In this document: in pieces, positions 44,063 to 54,508 of the stretch
How the letters are laid out: the number at the start of each line of letters is the position of its first letter
How positions within the stretch are numbered: the stretch's first letter is position 1
Source of the DNA: a virus
Lineage: Duplodnaviria > Caudoviricetes
Virus record (IMG/VR): IMGVR_UViG_3300033076_001247
Span: 10,123 to 74,122 of that record
Strand: one strand, 5' to 3'
DNA length: 64,000 bases
Notes under the pieces: model-generated
Told to the model about the DNA's origin: nothing
Database searches by the model: none
Seen by the model: the letters and a program-made list of their open reading frames with translations, nothing else
Program-made: the position numbers and the translations under genes

Positions 44063-44839
44063 TTAGGTCAGGCGCACGCTCAGGCCGAGCTCGAGGAAGG
44101 CGTTCGTCGTGCCAATCGACTTGCCGATTCGCTGCTGCACCTCGCCGACGACAGACGGCGGAACGTCGGTGAATCCGCCGCCGACAGCGACGAACAGAGG
44201 GACGTTCTCGGGCAGGCCGACGAGCCCCTCAAAGGTTCCGTCGGTGCGGACGAGGTTGCTCGCCGCGCCCGTGTAGAGACCGACGCACGGCATGGTCGCG
44301 GGGTCGCCAGCGTCGGCGACGACGAGCACGATCTCGTCGATGATGCCGACCGGCGTTCCGACGGGGATCGCAGGGTACGGACCGCCCGGCGCAGGAACCG
44401 TGCCTCGGAGCTGCGCGGGCGCCGCGCTGCTGGCCGTGCCGCTGTAGACGCTCGGGGTGACGTACAGGGGAGAGGTCGGCACGATGGCCTCCAGGGCGCC
44501 GCTTGAGCGCAGCAGGACGATGTCGTAGCAGTAGCCGGTCGTGCGCCACGAGCCGGTCTGGTCACCCGGCAGCGAGAAGACGGCGAGGTTCGGTCCCTGT
44601 TCGGGGACGTTGACGCCCTGCACTGCGAGCAGCGGCGAGAGGTCTCGAGGCGACCGACGAACCGTCAGCGTCAACGTCGTGTCGAACAGGTCGACCGCTG
44701 TGCCCTGCTGGTCAACGACCGTGACGAGGATGTCGTTCGACATGCCGCCGACGATGGCGAGCCCCTGCCGAGAATCGAACGGGACGCGAAGGCTCGGTCG
44801 GCCTCCCGAGCGAACGACGCCTGTCAGTTGCGAGAGCAT
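44063..44839 (-). CDS. BppU-like domain + shared beta domain virion protein
   Basis: G..VDL...L.LTVRR...YDIVL; C-terminus aligns with 43100 (ADAGD...MPC.G.Y.G..SNLV). Confidence 0.7.
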   Translation of the reverse strand: MLSQLTGVVRSGGRPSLRVPFDSRQGLAIVGGMSNDILVTVVDQQGTAVDLFDTTLTLTVRRSPRDLSPLLAVQGVNVPEQGPNLAVFSLPGDQTGSWRTTGYCYDIVLLRSSGALEAIVPTSPLYVTPSVYSGTASSAAPAQLRGTVPAPGGPYPAIPVGTPVGIIDEIVLVVADAGDPATMPCVGLYTGAASNLVRTDGTFEGLVGLPENVPLFVAVGGGFTDVPPSVVGEVQQRIGKSIGTTNAFLELGLSVRLT

Positions 44840-44848
44840 GACGACCTC

Positions 44849-47800
44849 TTAGGCGTTGTTGGCCTGGCTGAGTTGGCACCAGAACGTGCCGTCGAAGACG
44901 AGCTCGAGCGTGGCGTACTGCGCGAGAGCGTGCGACGGGTTGGTCAACTTGAGACCGCTGCTGCCGCCTCGCGAGAACGTCGTCGTCCCTGCGCCCACCT
45001 GAACGAATGCGATGCGCGAGCCAGCGTTGATCCCGGTCGTTTGGATTGTCGCGTTTGCCGTCCCGAGGTTGACCGCGCCCGCGTTGTTGAGCAGCACGGT
45101 CGGACAGTAGAAGGGGATCGTCGTTCCCGCGACTGGCGTGTAGCTCTTGCCGGGCTGAACGCTGCGACCCACCTCGACCCAGTAAGTGCCATCGAAGATG
45201 AGCGTGATCGTATCGTACTTGAACAGGTAGATATTGCCGGTTGCGAGCTTGAGGTAGCTCGTTCCGCCCGCGTCTTGCGTGAGGTCGACATAGAAGGTCG
45301 AGTCCTCGTTCGCGAGAGTGACGATGGTGCCTGCCGTGATGCCGCTCGTCTGCAGCGTCGGCGAGGCGGTCATGTCTCGGTTCGCAGCCGGATTGAGGAA
45401 GATGGTCGGACCGTTGACTGGGATCGTCGTCGCGGCGGTCGGCGCGTAGGTCGTCGGCACGCCGACGTTACGCCCGTAGACAGAGACATCCTTGCCGCTG
45501 CGACCGACGCCAACCGACTGCGCGTTCGCCGTACCAACCGATACGACGCCGGCAGACGCGAGGCCGGTCGCAGCTCCGGCGTCCACTGTCGCGCCGCCCG
45601 ACGTGGCACCGGCAGCCGATGCGGCCGCGCCGCGCACGATACCGTTACCAGCCGTCGTGCCTGTTCCGCCCTGTACGATGGCGTCACCGCCCGCAAGGCT
45701 ACCCGCGCCACCAACAAGCGATGCGGCGCCGCCCGAGCCATTGGGTGCAACAGTGCCCGCGCCACCGCTAACCGTCATCGCGCCGGCCGCGAACGCCCCG
45801 ACCGTATCGCCAGCCGCGAGCGTGAGGCCAGCTCCGGCGCCTGTCGATTCCAGGTCGACGACCATCGTCACGGTCGTTCCGACGCCCGGTGACTTCACGG
45901 GGATCTGGTTCGAACCGTTGGCCGCCAGGCCGTTCGGGTTCGGGTACGTCGAGCCCGTATAGCCGAGCACACCGCCGGCCGAGCCGGTCGGCGACGCGCT
46001 GTTCGATGTCGGTGCCCAGGCAGTGCCGTTCCAGCCGAGCACCTCGCCCGATGCCGGCGCCGTAGAGGCGACCGCGCGCCCCTGCAGCTTTGCCACCGTC
46101 GGAGAGGGCAGGTTGCCCGAGAGGTCGCCCCCCGCAATATCGCCCGTCATTCCGAGCAGCGTCACCGCCGAGCCGATGCCGCTCGACGTCCCGTACAGGT
46201 ACGAGAGCTGCGCCGCCGTGACGATGTTCGTGCCAACAGAGCCCGAGCCGAAGATGGCCTTGCTCGCACCGTTGGCGACGCCGAACAGGGTGTTCCAGAC
46301 GAAGGCCGCGACCTGTCCAGCTGACCCATTCGTGACGCTGATGCCGTGCGAGCAGGAGGCGTAAGACAGCGTGACCGACGAGTTCGACAGCGTCAGCTTG
46401 ACGCCCGCGTAGCTGCCCGTGACCTCGATGCCGGGACCGATGGTCTGCGCGTCGAGGAGCAGCCGGTCGGCGAACAGCGAGGCGTCGTTGGCGACCGTGA
46501 TGCCCTTGCCTGTCGAGCCGCTAGACACCGCCGACCCGAAGTAGAGCTGCGTGCTGCTGATGCGGACGTCGCCGTAGAGCACCTGCACGATGTCGGGGCC
46601 GGCGGTCTGCACCGTCACGACGCAATCGTTGAGCGTGATGCGTGGGCGGATAGCGTTCGAGGCGTCGATGACGACGGCCGCAGCGGCGGTCGCGTTCGAG
46701 ACCGTCAGATAGCAGTCGGTGACGACGAGCGAGAACGCGCCCGAACTCGACACGTTGAGAGCCGGCGCATTGCCGGCCGACGGCGGCTCGACAAACAGAC
46801 GGTCGAGGCCGATGACGTCATTGAACTTCTGCGTGGCCGCGTCGGGCGACACCGTGACCGAGCCGAGGATCTTCGTCGCCTGCGTTTCGGGCCGCGAGCC
46901 AGACCCGTGAAAGACGATGTTCCACTTCTCGATGATTAGGCTGCCGGTATACGATCCGGGACCAATCTCGACCGAGACCCAGTCCGTCGGATAGTCGACG
47001 AGCGCGACGTCGTGCGCCTTCTGCGGTGTTGCGAACGGGTTCTCGATGCTGCCGTCGCCCGTAACGTCGGAGCCGCTCGTTGCGACCCAATACGTCTGCG
47101 CGTACAGGTTGGCCGGCACGATCTCGGCCGGCGCCGGTCCGACCATGAGGTCGAACGTGCTCGCACCGACCGCGCACACGGTGCCGATCTGCCGCTTGAT
47201 GGTGCCGGGCGTCAGCGCGATGCCTGCCGCGTCTGAGATATAGACCGGGTCGCCGATGGACGGCGCGGAGCCGAAGGGCACGCCCTGGAAGAGTCCCGTC
47301 GTCTGCACGGTGATGACGTCGTCGGCCGCGATGCTGCCGCCAAGGACGCTACCAGCGACGACTCCGTAGACGCCCTGCACCTCGGCCGCGACGTTTGCAT
47401 GCGCCTTTGACCAGGAGGCGACGACACGCTGTCCCGGCAGGGTATCGGCGAGCGTGTAGGTGTCGCCCGCGTAGACGACATCGCCGACGACGAGCGACTC
47501 GCCCGCGACGCCCGGCAGGACGCCCGCGTCGGTGAACCGCGTCACCCGCTCGAGGATGGCGTCGACAGGGTTCGCCCAGCCGTCGTTCGCGCTGTTCTCG
47601 ACCGTCTCGCCGATGGCCGGAATCCGGTCGCCCGTCTCGAGCTCGCGCACCGCCGCAATGAGCTGTTGCGTCGACTCGGTCGGCAGGCCGTCGTCGACGA
47701 CGAGGCGCAGGAGGTACGAGCCTTCCTTCGACGCGGTAAACGAGGCGTCCTGCTGCGTCGGCGTGACGAGTGCGTCAGTCGCGCCCGCCGGCTGCGAGAC

Positions 47801-47920
47801 GATGGCCCACTGGTAGGTCGTCGCCGTATCGACGCTGTGCAGCGTGACCGTCGAGCCCAGCGTGACGTTGTCGTCAGAGACGCCCGCCGCGCCGCCGTTG
47901 ATCTGGATGATGGCTGCCAT
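44849..47920 (-). CDS. Multidomain fibre/tailspike: PKD + shared beta domain + pectin-lyase-like beta-helix + Gly-rich shaft + tandem C-terminal domains
   Basis: YQW.IVSQP..G.Y..RLVV.DG; YWVATSGSD.TGDGS.ENPF.T.Q.A; two C-terminal repeats ending L.FDGT.W. Confidence 0.75.
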   Translation of the reverse strand: MAAIIQINGGAAGVSDDNVTLGSTVTLHSVDTATTYQWAIVSQPAGATDALVTPTQQDASFTASKEGSYLLRLVVDDGLPTESTQQLIAAVRELETGDRIPAIGETVENSANDGWANPVDAILERVTRFTDAGVLPGVAGESLVVGDVVYAGDTYTLADTLPGQRVVASWSKAHANVAAEVQGVYGVVAGSVLGGSIAADDVITVQTTGLFQGVPFGSAPSIGDPVYISDAAGIALTPGTIKRQIGTVCAVGASTFDLMVGPAPAEIVPANLYAQTYWVATSGSDVTGDGSIENPFATPQKAHDVALVDYPTDWVSVEIGPGSYTGSLIIEKWNIVFHGSGSRPETQATKILGSVTVSPDAATQKFNDVIGLDRLFVEPPSAGNAPALNVSSSGAFSLVVTDCYLTVSNATAAAAVVIDASNAIRPRITLNDCVVTVQTAGPDIVQVLYGDVRISSTQLYFGSAVSSGSTGKGITVANDASLFADRLLLDAQTIGPGIEVTGSYAGVKLTLSNSSVTLSYASCSHGISVTNGSAGQVAAFVWNTLFGVANGASKAIFGSGSVGTNIVTAAQLSYLYGTSSGIGSAVTLLGMTGDIAGGDLSGNLPSPTVAKLQGRAVASTAPASGEVLGWNGTAWAPTSNSASPTGSAGGVLGYTGSTYPNPNGLAANGSNQIPVKSPGVGTTVTMVVDLESTGAGAGLTLAAGDTVGAFAAGAMTVSGGAGTVAPNGSGGAASLVGGAGSLAGGDAIVQGGTGTTAGNGIVRGAAASAAGATSGGATVDAGAATGLASAGVVSVGTANAQSVGVGRSGKDVSVYGRNVGVPTTYAPTAATTIPVNGPTIFLNPAANRDMTASPTLQTSGITAGTIVTLANEDSTFYVDLTQDAGGTSYLKLATGNIYLFKYDTITLIFDGTYWVEVGRSVQPGKSYTPVAGTTIPFYCPTVLLNNAGAVNLGTANATIQTTGINAGSRIAFVQVGAGTTTFSRGGSSGLKLTNPSHALAQYATLELVFDGTFWCQLSQANNA

Positions 47921-47930
47921 GAGTGTCTCC

Positions 47931-49094
47931 TTAGAAAGCCTGCGCGTAGAGCGAGAGACGCACCGTCATCGGGGTTGAGAAGTTCTCGACCTCGGCCGTG
48001 GTGATCTCGATTCCCAAGGTCGTTGCGTTGCCGGCAATGACGGTGAACTTCGCGACCGTCGGTCCGATGAGCGCGTCGTAAGTGCCTGCCGCCTCGAAGA
48101 TGGGCAGTGCCGAGGCCCGAGTGACCGTCGCATGGCTCTTGACGGCCGCAAGAAGGTAGGGCTGAAAGTCGGCAAGGCTTGCGTTATCGAGCACCGAGAC
48201 GCCGCCCGCGACAAGACGAAACACGCTCGGATTGACGGCGCCCGACGAGACGTAGACCTCAAAGTATTTGACGCTGCCCGAGTAGACGGGGCGCACAACA
48301 GCATGCACGCCGTTGTTGCCGAAGTCGAATCCCTGCACCTCGGCGGGGTCTGTTGACCCGATACGAGCGTCGAACTCGAGGTTCATCGCCCGTCCACCGT
48401 GCGGAATGAGCACAGGTCGACGGTCCTCGATGTCGGAGTTTGCGAGGTTGGCGGAGCCGGCCGGAACGTAGATGCGGGCGATCTCAAGATAGCCGCTCGG
48501 GATAACAGGAACCGTCGGAGTCCCGCCGGTGGCCGTGCCAGTGATGACGCGCACGCCGGCGCCGAGCGGCGAGTTGACCGGCGACGTGTCGAATGCGTTT
48601 TCAGTGAACTGCGTCGGCTTTGGCTGGAATGAGAACGTGCTTGATGTCGGATTGAGCAGGCCGATGTTCTCGATGTCGGTCGGCTCGTTGGGCGACTTGA
48701 CGCACACGACGTCGATGCGATTGAGGCCAGCACCGAGGTCCGTCACGAGAAGCGAGATGCCCGCCACGCTCGGGTCGTCGGGCTCGCACACGACCGGCGA
48801 GTAGGCACCCGAGTTGACGCCGTTGGCGTCATCCTGCGCGTCCTGCGCGATGAAGCCGAGCCCCTTCTGGACGACGACCTCGCGAGAAGTCGTGCTCGCG
48901 AAGCACCGGAAGCTGTTGCCGATGAAGCCGGTCTCAAAGGTGGGGTTGCCGCCCGGCGACGCCGAGTAGACCGCGCCCGCGAGGTAGCTTTGCGTGACCG
49001 AGTCGTAGAACGCCTGCAGGTTGAGGTCCGACGACAGCGGGCGCTGAAGCGGGTTGATGACTCGGCGCTGGAAGGGCGGGGTGATCGTCGGCAT
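47931..49094 (-). CDS. Baseplate-proximal tail fibre/adaptor
   Basis: RIDVV...G......P.IP.GYLEIA.I.VPAG...I.D.R. Confidence 0.7.
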   Translation of the reverse strand: MPTITPPFQRRVINPLQRPLSSDLNLQAFYDSVTQSYLAGAVYSASPGGNPTFETGFIGNSFRCFASTTSREVVVQKGLGFIAQDAQDDANGVNSGAYSPVVCEPDDPSVAGISLLVTDLGAGLNRIDVVCVKSPNEPTDIENIGLLNPTSSTFSFQPKPTQFTENAFDTSPVNSPLGAGVRVITGTATGGTPTVPVIPSGYLEIARIYVPAGSANLANSDIEDRRPVLIPHGGRAMNLEFDARIGSTDPAEVQGFDFGNNGVHAVVRPVYSGSVKYFEVYVSSGAVNPSVFRLVAGGVSVLDNASLADFQPYLLAAVKSHATVTRASALPIFEAAGTYDALIGPTVAKFTVIAGNATTLGIEITTAEVENFSTPMTVRLSLYAQAF

Positions 49095-50092
49095 CAGTTC
49101 GTCTCCCAGAGGACGTAGGCGGCGACGCCGGCAGCCTTAATGGCCGCGAGCTGGTCCGTGAAGCTGCCGTAGGTCGAGTCCGGTATCGGACCGGCCGAAT
49201 CGAACAGCGACACAACGAACGCCTGCAGGTAGTTGCGGGGAAGGTAGCGGTTGCGCGAGGGCGGGAACGGGCGCGGGTCGTCGTAGACGAACGTGGCGCC
49301 GAGTTCGTTGATGTCCGCCGTCTGTCGACCGTAGGCCGTCTGGAAGTCGACCGCCCAGAGGTCGTGGTACTCGTAGGACTGCGTCGGCGACGTGAAGATG
49401 CGGGCAAGCATCCGCTGAATCGCGCCCGGCGTGACGGTGTCTGGTAGCGTGCGGCAACGCAACCGGAACGCCTCGTCGCTCTCGCCAGGGTACTGCGTCA
49501 ACCCACGGTCGTTGCCGAGCAACTCGAGGAACGGCGAGACACCGCCGTCGGTGCTGCCGTCGGCCGAGGCAGTGATCGTTGAGTCGGCGAACGGCGGGTC
49601 CATCGTCAGCGCGCCGACCGTCCAGGTTGTCGTGATGGGAACCGTCGTCACGCCCGCAACGACTGCCGTGTTCAGCCAGTAGGCGGCAACCGACGAGACG
49701 ACCGGCACCGAGACCGCGAGGTCGGTCGCGCCGAAGGTGACGTCCTCGCTCGTGAAGTAGATGCGCCCGCTCGTCGCGACGACCGCCGAGCCCGCCTTGA
49801 CGTCGAAGACGCCCGTCGAGGTCGAGGCGCGGGTCAGCATCACCGTCGCCGTCGAGAGCTCGGCGGATGGCGCGGTCAAGAAGAACAGCCCGCACCCCAG
49901 CCGCTCGGCCGCCGCGCTGACGCGCGAGAGCGCCTGCGATGCCGCGAGGATGACCTCCCAGCCGGGAGCCCCCGGAGCGCCCGTGCCGGGCGGCTCCATC
50001 GGGTCGAGGTACTCGGGCGGCAGGAACCGGCGAAGCACCTCAACGAGCCGCTCCGGCGTGTCGGCGTTGACGGGGCAGGGAATCAGCGACAT
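49094..50092 (-). CDS. Baseplate wedge protein (gpI/gp48-like)
   Basis: GESDEAFRLR...VTPGAIQ; follows baseplate J. Confidence 0.7.
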   Translation of the reverse strand: MSLIPCPVNADTPERLVEVLRRFLPPEYLDPMEPPGTGAPGAPGWEVILAASQALSRVSAAAERLGCGLFFLTAPSAELSTATVMLTRASTSTGVFDVKAGSAVVATSGRIYFTSEDVTFGATDLAVSVPVVSSVAAYWLNTAVVAGVTTVPITTTWTVGALTMDPPFADSTITASADGSTDGGVSPFLELLGNDRGLTQYPGESDEAFRLRCRTLPDTVTPGAIQRMLARIFTSPTQSYEYHDLWAVDFQTAYGRQTADINELGATFVYDDPRPFPPSRNRYLPRNYLQAFVVSLFDSAGPIPDSTYGSFTDQLAAIKAAGVAAYVLWETN

Positions 50093-50095
50093 GCG

Positions 50096-51235
50096 CTACC
50101 CCGCCACTACGAGCTGAAGGTTCGTGCGAATGACCTGCAGTGGCGTCGGAACGACCGTCGCCGTCGGGAGCACCACCTCGTCGCCGACGAAGTAGAGGCC
50201 CGTGACGTTTGCGAGCGCCGCCTCGAGCGCGCCTACCGTGAGCTCGGCACCCGGAGCGAGCGCGTTGACGGTCTGCACGCACACCGAGCGGGCCTGCAGT
50301 GAGACCGCCTCGGTGTCGTACCCTGCCTTGACTCGCAACCGCAGCGTCACCGGCTGAAGGACGACCTGCGCCACGACCGTAGCGACGTAGATGCCAGCCG
50401 CTCGAGCCTGGTCGACGGCGAGCGCGACCTGCGCCGCGAGCTGCTGCGACTGCGTCTCGTAGGCCGGCGGGACGGTCCCAAGGTTCGCGAGCGTGTCCGT
50501 GTACTGGTCGGTGACTGCGAGCGAGACGTAGCCCGTCTGCTGGCCGTAGGCGTCCACGTCCTCGAAGGCTGCCGCGTACCGCACGCCGGGAACGCCTCGA
50601 GCCGCCTGCTCGATGGCCGCGAGGGTGCCACGCTGGACCGTCGTGAAGAACCGGCGAGCCCGCTCTCGGAGCTCGGCGTCGCTCTCGGGGTCCGCCGCAC
50701 CCGCCGTCGCGAGGGCGTTCGTCACCGCGAGGTCGGCCACCGCGCCGGGGACCGGCGACAGGAGCGTATTGATCTCGCCCACGCCCGCCTGCTGCGTCGT
50801 GCCGGCGAGGACCGAGCGCACCGGGACCGAGACCGGCCCGTTGCTCCCGATGGTGAAGGTCGCCGGCTGCGTCGTCTCAAACTGCGTCCCGTCAGCCGTC
50901 ACGAGCTTCGTCTGTACGGGGATGGCAAAGGTCGACGTCGCGCCGCTCGCCGAGGTGAACTGAACCGTGCCGAGTGCAGCCGCCGCAGGCTTGCGGACGA
51001 GGCCATAGCGGTCGAAGACCAGCCGGTCGAGGTTCAGCCCCGTCGCCGTGTCGAGGAACGACGCCGCCGCGACGTAGGAGACCTGCTGCGCCACCTCGTC
51101 GCCGACCGCCGCGATGCTTGCCACAAGCGCGTTCGCGTCCGAGCCGGGGCGGTCGACAGCCGTCAAGCGTGGGTTCGCCAGCAACAGTTGGTTGCGGGCG
51201 ATGGAGAACAGGTCGGCGTAGGTAGGACGGTCCAC
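50096..51235 (-). CDS. Baseplate J-like protein
   Basis: DTATG..LD; G.V.FT; GA.D.ESD.ELRER; RGT..A. Confidence 0.92.
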   Translation of the reverse strand: MDRPTYADLFSIARNQLLLANPRLTAVDRPGSDANALVASIAAVGDEVAQQVSYVAAASFLDTATGLNLDRLVFDRYGLVRKPAAAALGTVQFTSASGATSTFAIPVQTKLVTADGTQFETTQPATFTIGSNGPVSVPVRSVLAGTTQQAGVGEINTLLSPVPGAVADLAVTNALATAGAADPESDAELRERARRFFTTVQRGTLAAIEQAARGVPGVRYAAAFEDVDAYGQQTGYVSLAVTDQYTDTLANLGTVPPAYETQSQQLAAQVALAVDQARAAGIYVATVVAQVVLQPVTLRLRVKAGYDTEAVSLQARSVCVQTVNALAPGAELTVGALEAALANVTGLYFVGDEVVLPTATVVPTPLQVIRTNLQLVVAG

Positions 51236-51245
51236 GAGTCACCTC

Positions 51246-52076
51246 TTATGCCGCCGCGACCACCCGCGTTGCGACGTTCACGCTCGTTCCGCTCCGCAGC
51301 CGCGCTTGAATCTGGACGAGCACGATGCCGTCGCTCTGGAGCGACACGCGCACGCCCGCGTCGACGACCTCGGGCTCCTTGAGCACGTTCGCCTTGATGG
51401 TGTCGCGGATGACCGGAAGCTGGCCGGGCGAGATCAGCCCCTTGACCGGCAGGTCGAGCCCGTAGTCGGGCAGCCAAGTGAAGCCGCCCTTCGGGATGGT
51501 CAGCCGCCGGACGATCAACTTGCGAACCGTCTCCTCGACGGTGCCGAGTTGATAGTCGCCGTCGCTCCCGACCTGCAGCGTGCCGGAGACCTGGTTGTCC
51601 AAGACCTGCGGTTGGATGTTCCGCAGGTCGCCGGTCGTTCCCGGCTGCGCGACGAGTTGCGGCGCCTGCGCGCACCCGTCGAACGAGATGGCGGCGTCGG
51701 GCTGCACCGCGCCGACTGGATTCCGCAGGCCGACCGTCGAGACGGTCAGCGTGTCGGTCGCCGGCCCGAGCGGGAAGAGGGTGATCAGCCGGTAGGTCGT
51801 CGCGTTGACGTACTCGACGGAAGCCACGACGCGGTCGCTCGTTCCCGTGATGACGCCCTCGGCGTTGCGGACCGGCCCGACGATTGTCCACGACGCGGGG
51901 TTGAGCGCGTCGCCGGGGTACTGCGCCCCGAGGTGCTGCGGCTCGTAGTTGAGCTCCACGAGCACGATGCGGTCGCCCGCCGCGAACGCCCGCACAAAGT
52001 CGATGACGCCGACCGAGAGCCCGCCCCATTCGGACGTGCCCCACGCCTGATAGCCGTAGCCGGAGACCGTCATCAC
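51246..52076 (-). CDS. Baseplate wedge gp25/W-like protein with N-terminal Ig-like domain
   Basis: RRLT.PKG....PDYG; VL.EP.V at the C-terminus. Confidence 0.75.
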   Translation of the reverse strand: MMTVSGYGYQAWGTSEWGGLSVGVIDFVRAFAAGDRIVLVELNYEPQHLGAQYPGDALNPASWTIVGPVRNAEGVITGTSDRVVASVEYVNATTYRLITLFPLGPATDTLTVSTVGLRNPVGAVQPDAAISFDGCAQAPQLVAQPGTTGDLRNIQPQVLDNQVSGTLQVGSDGDYQLGTVEETVRKLIVRRLTIPKGGFTWLPDYGLDLPVKGLISPGQLPVIRDTIKANVLKEPEVVDAGVRVSLQSDGIVLVQIQARLRSGTSVNVATRVVAAA

Positions 52077-52726
52077 TTCACCTCGGAGGTCGTCGAAAGA
52101 ATGGCCGACGTCGGGCCGACAAGAACCGTCGGGTCAACGGAGAGTTGCATCGTGCTGGTAACGACGCCGGCCGCCGCCGACGTGTGCGTGTGGCCGTTCA
52201 GTTGGTCGACGATGCCGCCAAGGTAGCTCTTGAGGCTCTCGCCCTTCGCAACCGCCTCGGTGCCCGTCTCGCTGCCGAGGAAGACCTTGCCCGTGTCGAC
52301 CGCGAGGATGACGTTTCCGCCGCCCTGCACCGTGAGCCGCAACGACTTGTCGGCCTCGACGACGAGGACGACGTCCTCGGGCGTCGCCTCTAGCCCCGCC
52401 GGCGGAACGTCGGCCGGCGACCAGAGCCGCTGCGTGATGACGAGCCCCTGCGCCGGGTCGCCGCCGGGAGCCGAGACGAGCACCTCGTCGTCGACCTTGA
52501 CCGGCGCGTAGAAGCCAAAGCCCGAGCCCGCGTAGGCCGCGCCGAGCCGCGCCGTCTCCCGCCGCTTGGAAGGCATCAGCAGCACGTCGCAGAACACGCC
52601 CGCCGCCTCGTCGATGACGACCGACTGCACGATGGCGAGCGAGCACCACGACCTCGGGTCGATGCCAGGGCGCTGCATGGCTCGCGAGAGCGCGTTGAGG
52701 TCGAGGCCGCTGGCTGCTCGTCGCAT
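52073..52726 (-). CDS. Baseplate central spike (gpV-like)
   Basis: OB fold P...DEVLV..PGGD; C-terminal HTH metal-binding apex (NGHTH). Confidence 0.8.
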   Translation of the reverse strand: MRRAASGLDLNALSRAMQRPGIDPRSWCSLAIVQSVVIDEAAGVFCDVLLMPSKRRETARLGAAYAGSGFGFYAPVKVDDEVLVSAPGGDPAQGLVITQRLWSPADVPPAGLEATPEDVVLVVEADKSLRLTVQGGGNVILAVDTGKVFLGSETGTEAVAKGESLKSYLGGIVDQLNGHTHTSAAAGVVTSTMQLSVDPTVLVGPTSAILSTTSEVK

Positions 52727-52735
52727 GGTCGCCTC

Positions 52736-54508
52736 CTACCTCTCGCTCGGGACTTCGACGGCCTGTAGCGGCGTCGGCACGTTGCCGGTCGTGTTCGTCG
52801 TCGGAAGGCTCGTCGTCACCGCGAGGCCGGTCTTTGCCCGCGTCGCCTCGACGTAGTTCTCAAAGTCGCAGGTGATCTTGACGCCCGTCGTCACGCTGTA
52901 GTCGAACTTCACATGCTTGGCGCGGAAGATGGGCGCGAGAGCGGGAACGCCGCGCTCGGCCGACTGAACGATGGCCGCCGCCATGCGGGCGGGAATGCCT
53001 CGGCTCGTCATCTCGCGGATGCGCTCGGCCGCCGTCGTCGTCGCGTCTTTCTGCAGCGGAGAGACCGCCGGAGCCTGTCCGGTCGAGAGGCGCTCGTCGA
53101 CCTGTATGCGGACCGCGTCGCCCGGCCGAAGCTTGAGCAGGTCGGCTTCAATATCCGGTCGGCCGTAGGTCGCGAGGTTGCACGTCTCAAAGGCACCCGA
53201 CATCTCGCCGCGCCCGATCTCCTCGTAGACCGCCTTTGCCACCTCGAGGAGCTGTGCCTCGCTCTTGATGCCCGAGACGGGAATGCGAATGACGTCGGTG
53301 TACCCGACGAGGCCGCTCGGCGAGATCTGGCCGACCTGCGGTCGCGTCGTCTGTCCTGGCGGGAGCGCCGCCTCGTGCGTCTTGACGGTCTTTCCCGTCT
53401 TCGTCGTGCCTCGGTTGTCCGGGTTGTTCGCGTCGAGGATGGTCGGTCCCCAGACGACCTCCTTCAGCCGAGCGTTGCCGCGTTGCGTGCTGTCGGTGTC
53501 GATGGACGTCACCATGACGGCGCGCCCCTTGAGTCCGTTCGCGCCTTGGAACCTGCGGTTGATCTCAAGACTGAGGACGTCGCGCCCGTAGATCATCCCG
53601 CGAACGGTGCCGAGCTGCGACCAGTAGGACCGAGCCCGCCGGAGAATGAGCTTGTTCCCCGAGAAGTACGGCAGCACGCCGCAGAGGAAGCAGTAGTTGG
53701 TGATGAGATCCCAAAACGAGACCTCCTCGCCCGTCTTTGGCGTGCCCTTCGATTCCGTGCCCGTCGCGCCGAGGCGCACGCGGGTCGAGCCGTCGGACGA
53801 ATACGGGCTCGGCGGGATGCCGAAGAAGCCCTCGCCGGGAACCTTCCATTCGTCGGGGAAGTACCAGAGCGACAGGGTCGAGCCGAAGGGGTGCTTGTCG
53901 AGGATCTGTCGCACGACGTTCTGGATGGGCTTGCGGAGGTCAAGCTGCGTGAACAGCGCGGCCGGTGCGGGCGAGTCGAGCAGTACGCCCCGGAGGTCGC
54001 GGCCCTCGAGCGTGACGCGGCTCATCTGCCCGTCGTGACGCACCCGCACCTCGTCGACGATGCCGACGACGACGAGGTTCTCGTCGGTGAGCGAGACCAG
54101 CGCAGGATTATCCGAGAGCGAGTAACCCTGTCCGCCGATACCCTGCGCCGACTTGTCCGCTGAGACGCCGCCCAAGTAGACCTCGCACGCGATGGCCGAG
54201 AACATGCGCGGGTCAACAGGAAAGTCGCGGTAAAGGAACTCGAGCGAGAAGCGACCGGCCTCTCGAGGCGACGGCACCTCGACGCTCGCCGAGATGGGGC
54301 GCACGACGATCTGCTCGGTGAGCCCGTCGTTCTTCGCGCCCGTGATTGCCGACGTATTGCCCGCCGGCTGCACGACGGCGCGCGGCTGCTGTAGCGATGT
54401 CGTGCCGGGCGGGTCCGTCGCTGGCAGGTAGGCCGTGTCGAAGCGGGCGTTGAGCTTCACGAGGCAGCTCGGCCGGTAGACCGGCGGGCGCGGCGTCAGT
54501 CCGCTCAT
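52736..54508 (-). CDS. Baseplate hub (gpD/gp44-like)
   Basis: G.VDE....D.....LEGRDL..L.D; position between initiator and spike. Confidence 0.75.
   Translation of the reverse strand: MSGLTPRPPVYRPSCLVKLNARFDTAYLPATDPPGTTSLQQPRAVVQPAGNTSAITGAKNDGLTEQIVVRPISASVEVPSPREAGRFSLEFLYRDFPVDPRMFSAIACEVYLGGVSADKSAQGIGGQGYSLSDNPALVSLTDENLVVVGIVDEVRVRHDGQMSRVTLEGRDLRGVLLDSPAPAALFTQLDLRKPIQNVVRQILDKHPFGSTLSLWYFPDEWKVPGEGFFGIPPSPYSSDGSTRVRLGATGTESKGTPKTGEEVSFWDLITNYCFLCGVLPYFSGNKLILRRARSYWSQLGTVRGMIYGRDVLSLEINRRFQGANGLKGRAVMVTSIDTDSTQRGNARLKEVVWGPTILDANNPDNRGTTKTGKTVKTHEAALPPGQTTRPQVGQISPSGLVGYTDVIRIPVSGIKSEAQLLEVAKAVYEEIGRGEMSGAFETCNLATYGRPDIEADLLKLRPGDAVRIQVDERLSTGQAPAVSPLQKDATTTAAERIREMTSRGIPARMAAAIVQSAERGVPALAPIFRAKHVKFDYSVTTGVKITCDFENYVEATRAKTGLAVTTSLPTTNTTGNVPTPLQAVEVPSER

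Noticed and set aside
33000-48000. Diversity-generating retroelement acting on fibre tips
   Set aside because: No reverse transcriptase and no template/variable repeat pair seen.
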